The notes: a model not told the origin generated them from the letters alone. Positions 38,978 through 50,658 are shown, counted from the whole stretch's first letter. The stretch: 63,828 nucleotides of DNA, filler included, from Hyphochytrium catenoides (GCA_900088475.1; 6 parts of 6 records of this genome joined end to end with filler, not necessarily neighbours in it), one strand, 5' to 3'. Translations and numbers: made by a program.

Positions 38978-39936
38978 GGGCACCGAGTCCCTGTAACTTC
39001 TCTCACACTTTCTACCCGTTCCCCCGATCTCCTGCACAGCTGATCCCCACATTTCGAAGGGGAGACAGGAGCGTCTACCTCTAACACGGTCTCGAAGAGG
39101 ACCAGAAGATCTACTGAGATGCACTTCTCCTTGAGGGCCTTGTCTGCGAGTAGCACCAGTGACTGTCTTCTTGACTTAAATGTGTGTTCGCCCATCGGTG
39201 GTCGACCTCTACTCTTCTGGTTCGTCTTTCTTTGGCACATTTCCTAGCATTACTTTTACTCTCTCTCTCTTTTATTCTTCCATTTTATCGCACTGCAAGC
39301 GCTATTTATTTGCTATCTATGAAGGACAGAGCATGCCTTACTATACGTTATAAAAGAGTCGATCAACCACATTACCCCATACGCTCTCAGGCTGTCATCC
39401 GCAGCCTCCTCTAGAACAGCTGCTCAGTAGGTATCCGCGAACCACCAGACAGAGTTCAATGGTACTTATATGGACGTTAAACCTAGGACTATAGACCGGT
39501 TAGGGGAAAGGTTAGCTTTTCTTCTCTTCTTCTGCCTCTTCTTCTTCTTCACTTTCTTCTTCTTCTAGAATTAGTCTGTTAGTAGTGATAGTAGTAGAAA
39601 AATCATAGAAAAAAAAATTTCCTTGTTCAGAATAAGAAGAGAAACAAGAAAGAGCTATAATAGAGGAGGGCCAAAAGAAATAAGAAGAGCAAAGCGGCAA
39701 GGACTTCACCCGACCTTTTTGAACAGGATCAAGTCGTTTTCCTATCTCGCATCATTGGAGAGGAGGATGAACTCCCCGTTTCTTCGGTGGCCCCTCACCA
39801 GCCTCTGGTCAATGCCCGGCCCTTGGGGGCCGGGTGAAGCCCTGCCTCTACTACTTTTTTCACTCTTTCCTTCTGTGTTTGGCCTACTATAGTTCTTTGT
39901 AGTTTCTCTTTTTAGTCTTCGTAGTAGTAGAACTAC

Positions 39937-41105
39937 ATATTTCCGTCTCTTCGTGTTCTCTAAACAGTAGTTGACTGCATCCTCTTCACTACTAATTTCT
40001 TGATAATATAGGCCACGTCTCTTCTTCCAAAAAATGAAACGTACTCGATATTTGCATCTCTTCGTGTTCTCTAAACAGTTAGTAGTCGACTGCATCCTCT
40101 TTACTACTAATTTCTTTCTTGATAATATAGGCCACGTCTACTCCAAAATTAGAAGAATGTAGTACGTACCCATTTGCATCTCTTTGTGTTCTCTAAACAG
40201 TAGTCAACAGGTTACGTCGCTCGTATTGGTCATGCCGCTAAGCTCGCTCGTTATTATGCGGATGGCTGTGCTGCAGCAGGATATGGCTTTGTTCCGCTTG
40301 TATGGGAAACGTTTGGTGGTGCAACGGAGGAAGTCCATAGATAGCACTCTACGTCACTGGATCCGGGCGATACATGATAGAACTCTAGATGTGGAGGGAG
40401 AGTTTCTTTGTCTTCCCTTTTCAATTCTATCTTCTATGGCAGAATATCTGTTCATATCCAGCGGTCCAATGCGCAGATGGTCTCCGCACGTCTTCCTCTC
40501 CCACGAGCCCTCCAGGAAGTAATCCTGCAGCAGGTTCCTGGAGCAGTCCTTGGTGGGTTGGTTTAGGGAGAGTAGTAGTAGTTGTAGTAGGTGTCTAGGA
40601 GCGAACAGCAACAGCAACAACTGCAGCAAATCCGAAGATGGAGGAGAGGTGGAGCCGCCGCAGTCCAGAGGTTTTAGTATAGACCTTAAGAGCTGGTACA
40701 TTTATTAGTACTAGGGTAGTATAGGGATTTGTAGTAGTGCTCTTTGATGCTTTCTAGTAGTAAGAGCTTTCTAAAAGTGGTCAATAAAAGTAGTAAGGAG
40801 TAAGTAGTCCATAGTTCCAGATAGCTAGATAGTTACTGTTTTCCATTTTCCCTCATCAGTGGATTCTATACTGTTCTCTTCTAAAAATAAAGTCAGTAAT
40901 AAGTAACTAAAAAAAGGGGTCAACTGCAGCCTCTTTACTACTACTTTCTTGATAATATAGGCCACGACTCTTCCAAATCTTTCTTCTAAAAAGAGAACGT
41001 ACTCCGTAGTACTTATTTGCATATCTTCACCTTCTTCAAACAGTAAACGATGATACACTCCTTACAGTACCATTTTCTGGATGATAAAGGCCACATCAAC
41101 TCGAA
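39937..41105. repeat. Degenerate tandem repeat, ~110-120-bp unit, about 4 copies, with the third copy split by a retrotransposon
   Basis: Unit core ATTTGCATCTCTTCGTGTTCTCTAAACAGTAGTCGACTGCATCCTCTTTACTACTAATTTCTTGATAATATAGGCCACG at ~39937, ~40048, 40171-40208 + 40919-41007, and a diverged copy at ~41013-41105. Confidence 0.85.
40209..40918 (+). mobile_element. 5'-truncated CRE-clade (RLE-type) non-LTR retrotransposon 3' end with A-tail and 6-bp target-site duplication
   Basis: Frameshifted peptide GHAAKLARYYADGCAAAGYGFVPLVWETFGGATEEV...TLRHWIRAIHDRT...FYGRISVHIQRSNAQMV matches the CRE C-terminal endonuclease pattern (KxxKY...FxPLxxETxGG...RLSVxxQRxNA). A7 at 40909-40915. GTCAAC at both 40203-40208 and 40919-40924. 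Confidence 0.85.
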
Positions 41106-41203
41106 TAAAAAGCGGGAATAATCATTATATTTATGATCTTTACTTCAAGTCACTTGGAGCGCTCATAACTATTATCGTAGCTATTGATTGAATCGACACA
41201 AAC

Positions 41204-41728
41204 TCAATAATACGCGAATGCCTGTTTCTCAGCCGGAGTCATACACATCCATTCCCTAGCTAATATTTTGGCGTAATCGCTGTGACTACTATCCGGATAC
41301 TTCGCGCATAAGTATGATCTTCGGGTAAAGGTGAAGTGAAAGTAATCTTGCAGGGTTTGACGAGGGGCTTGTTGTCTTTGGCGTCTTCTTCTGTTGTTGG
41401 ACTTTTGCAAGTCAGCGGTTGTTGGCAATATCATCATTTTGTCGTATACTTCCTTGTGCTCTGAAGCGTATGTCTCATATGGAATCTTTTCGGCGGGGGT
41501 TAAGCGCTCCCATTCGTCCGCTAGCATCGCGGCCTCCGCTTGCAACATGTTCTCATCTTCATTCGCTAGTATGCAGGCTCTAGTTTGTTCCGCTCTCATG
41601 TTTTGGAACTCGACATCCTCACACAACCTCTTGTAGTCTTCCATGGTGTTGATGTCGGGAGGAGGCTGTGGGCGCAGCTGTGGTCTGCGCTCGATGCAGT
41701 ACCAGGAGAACGCCGATATGGGTCCCAT
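41204..41728 (-). CDS. Intronless tandem HMG-box protein (174 aa)
   Basis: Box 1: PISAFSWYCIERRPQL...LADEWERLTPAEKIPYETYASEHKEVY. Box 2: APRQTLQDYFHFTFTRRSYLCAKYPDSSHSDYAKILAREWMCMTPAEKQAF. Confidence 0.85.
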   Translation of the reverse strand: MGPISAFSWYCIERRPQLRPQPPPDINTMEDYKRLCEDVEFQNMRAEQTRACILANEDENMLQAEAAMLADEWERLTPAEKIPYETYASEHKEVYDKMMILPTTADLQKSNNRRRRQRQQAPRQTLQDYFHFTFTRRSYLCAKYPDSSHSDYAKILAREWMCMTPAEKQAFAYY

Positions 41729-42372
41729 GATGATGATGGAAAAAGCGACTGAGCTCGCTGGTGTTGTATAACGGGTTCTGGATTTCCGTCACTTCTCGCT
41801 TGTCTGGCAAAATAATAGTGATCTTCTTGGGTGAAACGCGGGACGTGTCATCACACAGGACAACCACCAGCAAGAAGGGTGATTGAAAAACAAGCTTGAG
41901 TAGAAGAGAACAGTGGTGAGTAGTAAAAAAAACCATTTACTGCTGTACCACCACCTCTAAACCTTTTTATCCTTTATAATTGTGAAGGGCGGACTCTTTG
42001 ACTGACTGTCTGAGTGATTGTCAAAAGTGAGAACGCTAGGAAGTAGAACCTTCTACCTTGTACCAATGCAATTTTTCACAGCTCTGGCTTTTGTGGAAGT
42101 AGTAAGTCTATGTTACCTGCATAAAGTCTAGCAGTAGTTCAAGTACTCCAATTATTAGGCTTCCCCATCTAGTGAGTAAATAAAAGTACACGAATTGGAC
42201 TATTAACTTTCGGTCCATTTCGGTGGCTTTATATTCGGCCATCTGGGTCGGGTAGCTCTGTTTACTTACTGCCCAGAACCTTCTCAGAACCCATAAAGCG
42301 TTATTTTAGGGACCGGCCCTCCCAAACGCTATTCTCCGAAATTCTCATGATGGAACTTGCAATTCTACGGCC

Positions 42373-42472
42373 NNNNNNNNNNNNNNNNNNNNNNNNNNNN
42401 NNNNNNNNNNNNNNNNTTAATTAATTAANNNNNNNNNNNNNNNNNNNNNNNNNNNNNNNNNNNNNNNNNNNN
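42373..42472. other. Artificial contig spacer
   Basis: 44 N + TTAATTAATTAA (42417-42428) + 44 N. Confidence 0.97.
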
Positions 42473-44175
42473 TCATTCATTTGGTGCTTCTGCCTGAATT
42501 AGACGGAGAGTCTACGAGAAGAACTACTTGCTATTTAGTGTCTCCTCGAAATTAAGGAGGTGACAGTCGTTATAGCGGTTCTACCAGTGATAATATACCA
42601 AAAGTAGCGAGAGAACCTGGGAATCAATTTCTCTAGGAAGAAAACAAGGTTCTTAATCTTTGCGTCTATTATAGGATTGAATAAGACCCTAGAGAATGTA
42701 CAATTCTACCCAAATTATTGAGGTACTATATCTGAGGCTACTATTACCCGTGGAGGTTTATAGAAAAAAATTATACGACAATATTGGGACGACGTTGAGA
42801 CGTAACACCCACAATATGGCCAAAGGAAAGAGGACAGCGCTAGAATAATCATCAGAGCTATTTCCCGAAACATGAACACAGATGCTTTCTTAGTCTAATG
42901 GTCACCAGACAGAGCAGGTCAAGACCTACCGCTACCTATACAGTAAATACGTATGTATGTGGCAGCCAGAGCGAGCAATAGATGACATACTTTTAGAGCA
43001 TCATGAGAATCACTTAGCGAGAGAGACAGAATGCCGTGAGATATCAAATCTCGGATAATAACGCAGGGCAAATCCCATTATGAGAGTCAGAGTGTCATTA
43101 GAGGTGATTTTCAACCTCCATAATCAGGAAGGAAAGGTTTGGAACGAGAAGCCCGTGAGAGAGACAGAATGAGAGACAGAGAGAGAGAAAGAGAGAGACA
43201 GAGAGAGAGAGAGACAGAGAGAGACAGAGAGAGACAGAGAGACAGAGAGAGACAGAGAGAGAAAGAGAGAGAGAGAGAGAAAGGGAAAGAGAGAGAGAAA
43301 GGGAGAGAGAGAGAGAGAGAAAGGGAGAGAGAGAGAGAGGAAGAAGAGTGAGTCAGGAGAGAGAGCAAAAGCTGAAGGTCGAAGTGTAGAGGGGAACAGA
43401 GAGAGAGAGAGTGAATGGAAGAAGAGGTGCCAAGCAGACATCAGCTTGCATGGGAGTAGAAGTGTCAGAGTCGACAACAATCTTTCATTGGCGATGGCGA
43501 AAGAGGCTCAACAATCTTCTGCAGAAGGCGTCTAGGTACCATAACCAAGGACCAGGGAGACACATTATTGAGAGAGAGGAGGAAAAAACATGAGAAGAGA
43601 GGGAGGAGAGGGAATTGAAGAGAAAGACAGAGAAAGAGGAAGAAGAGAGGAAGAGAGAGAGAGGATGAGAGAGAGGGAGGATGAGAGAGAGAGAGAGAGT
43701 TGAGAGGTATTGAGAGGTACACCAGACAGCAGATGTCTGAGACATAATAGCAAAAGTTCAATGATAAAGCTCTAATAAGACACCGATATCATCAGAGAGA
43801 GCTCAGTTTGCCGACAGAGATTGGCGCTACTGGCGCTCTTCTCTCCTCGTGGCTTCTCTTTCCTGGCTTGTCTCTCATAGCTGTGACCTGAGGAGGGAGG
43901 AGAGAGGATAAAGCGAGAGAAGCAGAAGTGGTCTTTCCCTCTCTCTCTCAACCTCCTCTCCCTTGTGGTACACAGCTCTCGGGTCTGTAGGACAGCAGCT
44001 GTCAAGTCCTCAATAGTTTCTAATTTCTGCCTCTGTCTCCTTCAATTGCTCTCTCCTTCCTCTCCTTGTCCCAGGTTATTCCCTCTCCTCCTCTCTACCA
44101 CTTTTCCTCAAAGTGTCTCTGTTATTAAGTCTGTCTCTGTCTGTCTATCTCTCTCTCTCTCTACTATAGAGGCCA

Positions 44176-46152
44176 ATGGCCCGCTATTGCTTCTATTTCT
44201 GCGGCAGCCGCGAGGCTCTGGCTCGTGATGTTCTGGACCCGGCTTTGCCGCTCGCCGCCGAAGGAGAGAAAGAGGAGAAAACAGCAGGGAGAGAAGAGAC
44301 AGAAAGCAGTGGAACAAAGAAAGAAGAAGGGAGCGAGCTTCTCTCTGTTTTTCAAGAAGCAGACGATGATGAGACTCCTTCCTGCAGCACAGAGGACACT
44401 GAGGCGAATGGAAAAGACAGCCAAAGCGGAGCAGAAGCAAGAGAAGACATCCCGTCTCTCTCTCTTCACCGGGCTTCTCTCTCCTCCTCCTCTCCGTCTT
44501 TAAAACTGAAAGAGAAGAGAGACCATGACCCTGCACAAGACACGGAAGAGCCTACGGCTGCTCAGTTTAGCAGAGAAGAAGTAGTAGAAGAGAACGGGGA
44601 GAAAGACGAACAGGCCTCGATCTCTCTCCTCCTCGCAAACAAGTGCGAAACGGGGGAGGAAGCTGACAAAGAAAGACAGAACAAAGAGGACAAACAAAGA
44701 GATAGTCAGGGGTCAGAAGCAGGAAGAGAGGAACAAGAAGAAGAGGTACCAGGAGAAGAAAAAGAGAGAGAAACTGACGACTTTGAAGAGCACAAAAGGA
44801 GAGCCAGGCGTCTGAGAGAGAGAGTGAAAAGCTTCATTAGGGCACAGAAGGAACTAAGGAAAGAGAGACAGAGAAGAAGCAGTCTCACCTCTCAAACTCC
44901 CAGCCCAAGAAGCTCAGAAGACAGTCCTCTTCTGGATAAAAGAGAAGGAAACGCAGATGTCGCTGACAACGCCCAGAGCCTTTGGGGAAGAGAGGAGGAG
45001 AAAGAGTCTACACTCTCTTCTTTTAGCTCCCAAGAGAGACTCACTACTACCAGCAAAATAGAGAGCAGCGCAGGGCATGTTGTCTCATCAGAACAGGATG
45101 AAAGAACTCTTCTCAGCTTTGGGAAGGCAGATAACTGTGCTGGAAGTGGAGCCAAAGCAGAAGAGAGAAGATCCAGCCTTTTGGAGAGAGACGAAGAGAG
45201 AAAGCCACGACCTGAACAGCAGCGCAGCCTTATTCTTTCCCTCGAAAGAGGAGAAGCCACCGAGATGGCCAGAAGAGAGCGGCCTCGCTCTATCTCGTTG
45301 GATATCCAGCTACTGATACGCAATAGGAAAGAGGAAGAAGTTGAAGACCTTCGAGGCGACGCTGAAGAAGAGAAAGACTTACAAGAGGAGGAAGATGCCA
45401 CCGAGAGAGAGAAAGCAGCTGCGAGAGAAGAAAGCAAAGACACGTACAGTGCAGTGTCTTTTGCATCTTCCTCTGTGTCGACTGAGGAAGGAACACGAGG
45501 AGAAGGACTCAGTAATTGTGCAGTTGACTTTACGGAGCACAAGGAGAGAGCGAAGGAGCTGCGAGACAGAGTGAAGAGCTTCATCAGAGTTCAACAAGCA
45601 CTGAAGAGAGAGAGGAAGAGACGCCAGACCGTCGGGGGGCCTTCTCCTCCTAAACTTGTTCGCAGATATAGCTCTGACGAGCTTCTAGGCAGCTCCAGAG
45701 GGCTCTCGAACAGTCGTTGGCCCCTGGAGACAATCAAGACCATAGAGAGCAAGAAGGATGATAACGTGACGGCGGCAAGTATAGAAGGAGAGGCGAGGGT
45801 AGAGGAAGAAGAGGAGCTCAAAAGAGAGGAGAGGACCAGCCATACAGCGGTGTTGTGCAGTCTTTCTTCTAAGTCTCCTGCCCCTGTCGCTACTGTGGAG
45901 GAGGATAAAGCTCTGCCTTCATCCCTTGTCTCTAAACTCTCCTCGTCCGCCTCAACAGCCAGCGCAGACTCCAATGGTGACAGAGCAGAAGACACGTCCA
46001 GAGAAAGCTTCAATCACAATGGTGAAGAGAGAGGATGCCTGAGAAGGAGCGTAAAGGACGGCCTTCAAGGGGAGGAGTTGCGGATGCATTCACCAGTCTT
46101 AGATAAGGAAAGGGCGAAGAAGGAGCTGTCTCTGGTCGGTCAAACCGCCTGA
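44176..46152 (+). CDS. Hypothetical Glu/Ser-rich low-complexity protein (658 aa) with a duplicated ~35-aa basic helix
   Basis: 1977-nt intronless ORF that is not pure microsatellite. Repeats DFEEHKRRARRLRERVKSFIRAQKELRKERQRR and DFTEHKERAKELRDRVKSFIRVQQALKRERKRR. Confidence 0.75.
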   Translation: MARYCFYFCGSREALARDVLDPALPLAAEGEKEEKTAGREETESSGTKKEEGSELLSVFQEADDDETPSCSTEDTEANGKDSQSGAEAREDIPSLSLHRASLSSSSPSLKLKEKRDHDPAQDTEEPTAAQFSREEVVEENGEKDEQASISLLLANKCETGEEADKERQNKEDKQRDSQGSEAGREEQEEEVPGEEKERETDDFEEHKRRARRLRERVKSFIRAQKELRKERQRRSSLTSQTPSPRSSEDSPLLDKREGNADVADNAQSLWGREEEKESTLSSFSSQERLTTTSKIESSAGHVVSSEQDERTLLSFGKADNCAGSGAKAEERRSSLLERDEERKPRPEQQRSLILSLERGEATEMARRERPRSISLDIQLLIRNRKEEEVEDLRGDAEEEKDLQEEEDATEREKAAAREESKDTYSAVSFASSSVSTEEGTRGEGLSNCAVDFTEHKERAKELRDRVKSFIRVQQALKRERKRRQTVGGPSPPKLVRRYSSDELLGSSRGLSNSRWPLETIKTIESKKDDNVTAASIEGEARVEEEEELKREERTSHTAVLCSLSSKSPAPVATVEEDKALPSSLVSKLSSSASTASADSNGDRAEDTSRESFNHNGEERGCLRRSVKDGLQGEELRMHSPVLDKERAKKELSLVGQTA

Positions 46153-46399
46153 TAACAAGATAGAGAAGAGATACGGGATTGGTCAGCCGAGGAGAATGGC
46201 CAAGACTAGGTTTGGATAGAAGGTGGGCGCCATAAGAAGGTTGGATGTATATCCTTGGACAAAGTTTGTTCTGATTCAAGTACAGTGGCTAAGGCCCTAG
46301 CCATGCCGGTAATAGTCTAACTCTCCGTTCATGCTGTTGCCCATCGTCATCTGTTCCGTCTTCTCCATCATGCGTGATGACCCATTGCCTCTTTAATCC

Positions 46400-47260
46400 C
46401 ACGGCAAGACTATTATATCCCACTCTTTCTCCTCGCGGCTGTTGCTTCTTGTTGCTCTTCTCGCTACAAATAGCTCCACCAGCACATCTTTACTGATCTC
46501 TTCCGAAGGTCTAGGATACAACTGCCTCCGTAGGGCAAACTCCTTAGCTGCTGGCCAGGCATCCTGCCACTTAATCTCTACATAATCTGAACCACGTTGT
46601 TATGCCATGCTGTGGCTCTGCATCATGGCTGTGCCCTCTCCGTAACTGAACAGCCCCTGTGTTCTCCTTTACCTGCTGAATCTGTCTCTGACTGTGTGCA
46701 TCTTGAACAGCCCTTGTTGTCCTGGCCTCCACCTGCATCATGCCTTCTTTATTGCCCAGCTTTTCACATGGTGAGCTTCTATCGACAATGCGATCTCTGA
46801 TCTTCAGATCTTCATCTTCTGGAGCTTCATCTGAAGCGTCTGCGAATTTCTTCGTCAACTGCTACTCCCAGAGTTTCTCAACCAACTCCAAACATATTCT
46901 CGGATTAATAGGTTTAACCTCGGTGGTGGTAATCCATCGTCATAAAGACCAAGCTACTCTACATAAGCATTTTTATTCTCGGCATTCCCGGCACCAATTA
47001 TCGATTGGTTTCTCTAAATCTAGGGGAAGGTCTTCTCATACAGTTATTACCAAGGTGGTGGTGTCCTTGTGAAGGGGGGAGGAGAGTGATTGTGAACACC
47101 TAAAACCCAGTCACCCTTGTCAAGTCTATATCTCACTATGAATCTGTCTTGCAATCCGTTTCTTTGGCTACCGGTCTTTTTAGAGTCAAAGCAGCTTGAT
47201 GAAGGTCCCTCTGTCTTGCCCAATCATATATCTATCACAGTTGTCTTTCTTGAACACCCC
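46400..47260 (-). pseudogene. Decayed coding-like sequence, possible retroelement remnant
   Basis: Protein-like frame broken by stops (NWCRECRE*KCLCRVAWSL*RWITT...LWE*QLTKKFADASDEAPEDEDLKIRDRIVDR). Microsatellite-free. Family not recognised. Confidence 0.25.
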
Positions 47261-47360
47261 NNNNNNNNNNNNNNNNNNNNNNNNNNNNNNNNNNNNNNNN
47301 NNNNTTAATTAATTAANNNNNNNNNNNNNNNNNNNNNNNNNNNNNNNNNNNNNNNNNNNN
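47261..47360. other. Artificial contig spacer
   Basis: 44 N + TTAATTAATTAA (47305-47316) + 44 N. Confidence 0.97.
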
Positions 47361-48816
47361 AGAGCGAGAGAGAGAGAGAGAGCGTGTCAAGAGCAAGGTG
47401 GCTGTCTGTCTCTGCAAAACTTCTGTATATATCTTAGGGGACAATCATGGGAGAAGACACGGGCCCATCAACCTTTCCCTCCACCATGAAGAAGCCAGTC
47501 AAAACGCAGTAGAAACGTCTCTGGCACGACCCGAAACATTGGTGTCTCGGGTTTACACAGCTGATTTATTCAACCGTGACTCAAATTACTCGGATAAACC
47601 GTATTCGAGTCCCACCGGTTGGATGGGCTTTGAATATTACTATCGATATTTCTCATTATAACGATATACTGAAGGGAGCCCTTTACTGTATTATTACTGT
47701 GTGGGATCAGGTACACTTCCAGTCTTCCGTCTTCTACAAGTAGAAGGGAGCGCTTTAGTTTGAATTAGGCGGGCACAGGTAGGAACTAGACTTTCCTAGT
47801 CTTTTTAGGTTTAGGAAGAGACGATTATCCTAGTTCTAACTGGAGCGTTCTAGGTGGGGAACGAATAGTTCTGTACCTAGCAGGAACATCCTTAGCAGTA
47901 ATTAGCAGGAGAGTAGAGTGGTAGACTGGCAGTAACGGTCTTTTTAATATCATCGTCCTGTGCACTCTCACTGCTGGCTGGCTGATGGATTTCTCTCCTT
48001 TGAATGCGCCTTCCTGCGTTGTCTTCAGTCTTGATCATCAGTCACCATCACCACCAGCATCTTCGCTTCTCTTGTTCACGGGAGGCATATCGGCTAATCT
48101 ACAGCGTGTACGGTCGCTGCGGTGTAGCGTTAGGTGGGTTGTTTGAGGTGCAGCAAGACAAACTGAGGCCTTATATCAATTGCTGCTAGTAGGCAGCAAA
48201 AAGGGGCTCCGTTTGCCCCCTTTATCTCCACTAACTACTTACTCGCGAATGTTCTGCGTCTGCGCCAGTATACTCCTCACCTGAAGCAATAAGGTGAGCA
48301 TCAGTCCCTTACTATGACATGATGTGACCCTTATGATGCTTGCACTAGATCGTTGACTTACACCTTGCAATAGAGGACATCCTGCATAAGAGGCATTGAC
48401 AAGTACCGCATTTTTCCGGGTAGGACCTGTAGATACCCTGACGTTCAATTTGCACCACCAGAAAAGTGTGTTTTCATATAACCCCTACTTGGAAGTGCAT
48501 TGGCGACAACCCCAGGTTAGATCTGAGCGGCCAGCTAACACTGACCAATGAGAACATGACAGCGGCCCTAAAACGCTAAATCAATGTCAATGGTGGGTCG
48601 CAGCCCACTGCCCTTGTGTTGCCCTTGCAGCAGAAGAGAATGTATACAACGATGGATACGTGTGCCCCTGTATTTTGTAGTAACCTGGTGACGGACGAGC
48701 CAAACAATATTATTATAGATTAGCACTTAGAGAACGTATAGAAGACATTCTGTTCCTGACGGGACAACTGAATATTCGGAGGCGGCACCAGCATATGTGT
48801 AAAGAAGGGAGGCACC

Positions 48817-49651
48817 TTAGGCCAGAACTTCCTGGATCTCGCATGCCAGGCCTTTGTAGCCCTCGAAGCACTCACAATCCCCTGTGTCAGCTGCACAGTA
48901 CCCTCTGCCGGAGCATGGGATACTCTCTGTCAAGGGATGATACTTGACGGACCAGGATGGAGACACTTCAAAAGTCTCGCCCACCATCTGGTAACTGCCC
49001 TCTATCTCTGGGAAGCTTTTCTTTACCAGGATACCCTTGCTAGCTGGATGATAGCCAGAACTACGGACAGAAACATCCACATAAAGTGGTCTCTGAAGAC
49101 CGGTGGTGCCAGGAGTTTGGGGAAAGTGAACAGTAAACAGGCATTGTTGTCTATTTTCCTTGTTCACCAGAAAACTTGAACCTTCGCCTTCTTGGTTTAC
49201 ATCAGAATTAGGGTTTCTGTCAAAAGCATAGAATGCAAGGACATTTTTCACCGTCAACCCAGTGGCTAGCTGGCCGTGAGGAATAGCTCGTAGTGCATTT
49301 TCAAGCTCAGTCGCAGCATCGTCGCACTCTATCTCCGGGGCTGTGCCCTCCTTTAAAGTAATTGCCTGGGTGGTCCAGTCACCGCCATACGGATCAAAGT
49401 ATGTGACCACGAATTCAGAAGGGTCTGCCAGTGGGTAATCATTTCCTTTATAGGTCATTCCGTGGTAACGCATGCCTACCCGAAGCCCTTGGACTTGGTT
49501 GGTCTGACGAATCGGACCCTTCGGACCGATGTACACGGTCGTTAGGGGATCATCACCATGTGGGCAGAGTCGGTCTTGGCATGCGGGGCCAGTCCATCCC
49601 CTATCACATGCGCAGACCATAGTCTTCTGCCGTTCCCAGAGGTCGTACTTA
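48817..49651 (-). CDS. Tubular mastigoneme (Sig1/Ocm/Mas-family) EGF-like protein, C-terminal part (5'-truncated)
   Basis: Frame is open from the contig edge: KYDLWERQKTMVCACDRGWTGPACQDRLCPHGDDPLTT ... PCSGRGYCAADTGDCECFEGYKGLACEIQEVLA*. The YxLW...CxCDxG...RxCPxGDDPLT motif and terminal CSxRGxC...CxCFxGY...C pattern are typical of stramenopile mastigoneme proteins. Confidence 0.82.
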
Positions 49652-49751
49652 NNNNNNNNNNNNNNNNNNNNNNNNNNNNNNNNNNNNNNNNNNNNTTAAT
49701 TAATTAANNNNNNNNNNNNNNNNNNNNNNNNNNNNNNNNNNNNNNNNNNNN
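49652..49751. other. Artificial contig spacer
   Basis: 44 N + TTAATTAATTAA (49696-49707) + 44 N. Confidence 0.97.
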
Positions 49752-49782
<31 letters not shown>

Positions 49783-50032
49783 GGAAGAGAGAAAGAAGGT
49801 TTGGGGGCAGAGGAGCGTGGCATTGAGTGCAGAGGAAATTGGGGCCATCGCGGCAGCTCAGCCTGCCATGCTCATCGTTGATGACGGGCAGGGAAGAGCT
49901 TGAGAAAGGAGGCCTCCTACAACCACAATCGCCGCAAAAGAGAGGCACGTGAGAGAGAGAAAGAGAGAAAAGAGAGAGAGAAGAGGGACCGAGACCAACC
50001 TGTGTCTCTCCTCCGCTACCACTCCGGTTCCA

Positions 50033-50235
50033 ATGTCCTTCAAAGTGGTTTATATCCCGTGTGACGGCTCTCAGCCGCTGGCGGAGTGGGACATTCCGAT
50101 CCCTGAGGGAGAGGAAGACCGCTGCCTCACTGACAGACTGAAGAGACACTTCAACCAAGACAACGCCACGCTAGACAAAGAGAAGTATAAGCACCAAGTA
50201 GTCAGCCAGGTAGGAAGAGAGAGGAAGAGAGAGAA

Positions 50236-50292
<57 letters not shown>

Positions 50293-50627
50293 GAGAGGAA
50301 GAGAGAAAGAGAGAGAGAGTAAGAAAGAAAGAAAGAAAGGGACAGAACTGTGTAAACGAGGATGAAAAAGCGAAACAGGGCCGTTCCGGAGAGGCGAAAG
50401 GGAGAGACAGGGAAGAGAGAGTGGAGAGAGGGAAACACTCGCAGAGAGAAGGAGCAGAGCAGAGATTAAGAACGAGAAAGCAGCACTGGACATTGTCACG
50501 ATCTCGCTCTCGCTCTCTTTGCTCTCTCACCCTTAGTCGAGCTCTCTCTCGTTCTTCCTTCTCTCATACCCTATCTTCTCCTATCTCGGACTCTCTCTCT
50601 CTGCGTCTCCCCATCCCTCTTTATTGA

Positions 50628-50658
<31 letters not shown>

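Noticed and set aside
39937-41105. CRISPR-like or regularly spaced repeat array
   Set aside because: Whole ~115-bp units are homologous with no unique spacers, there are no cas genes, and the context is eukaryotic
48198-48224. AAAGGGGC...GCCCCCTTT hairpin as an intrinsic terminator
   Set aside because: Short imperfect stem in eukaryotic DNA, not adjacent to a gene end; expected by chance
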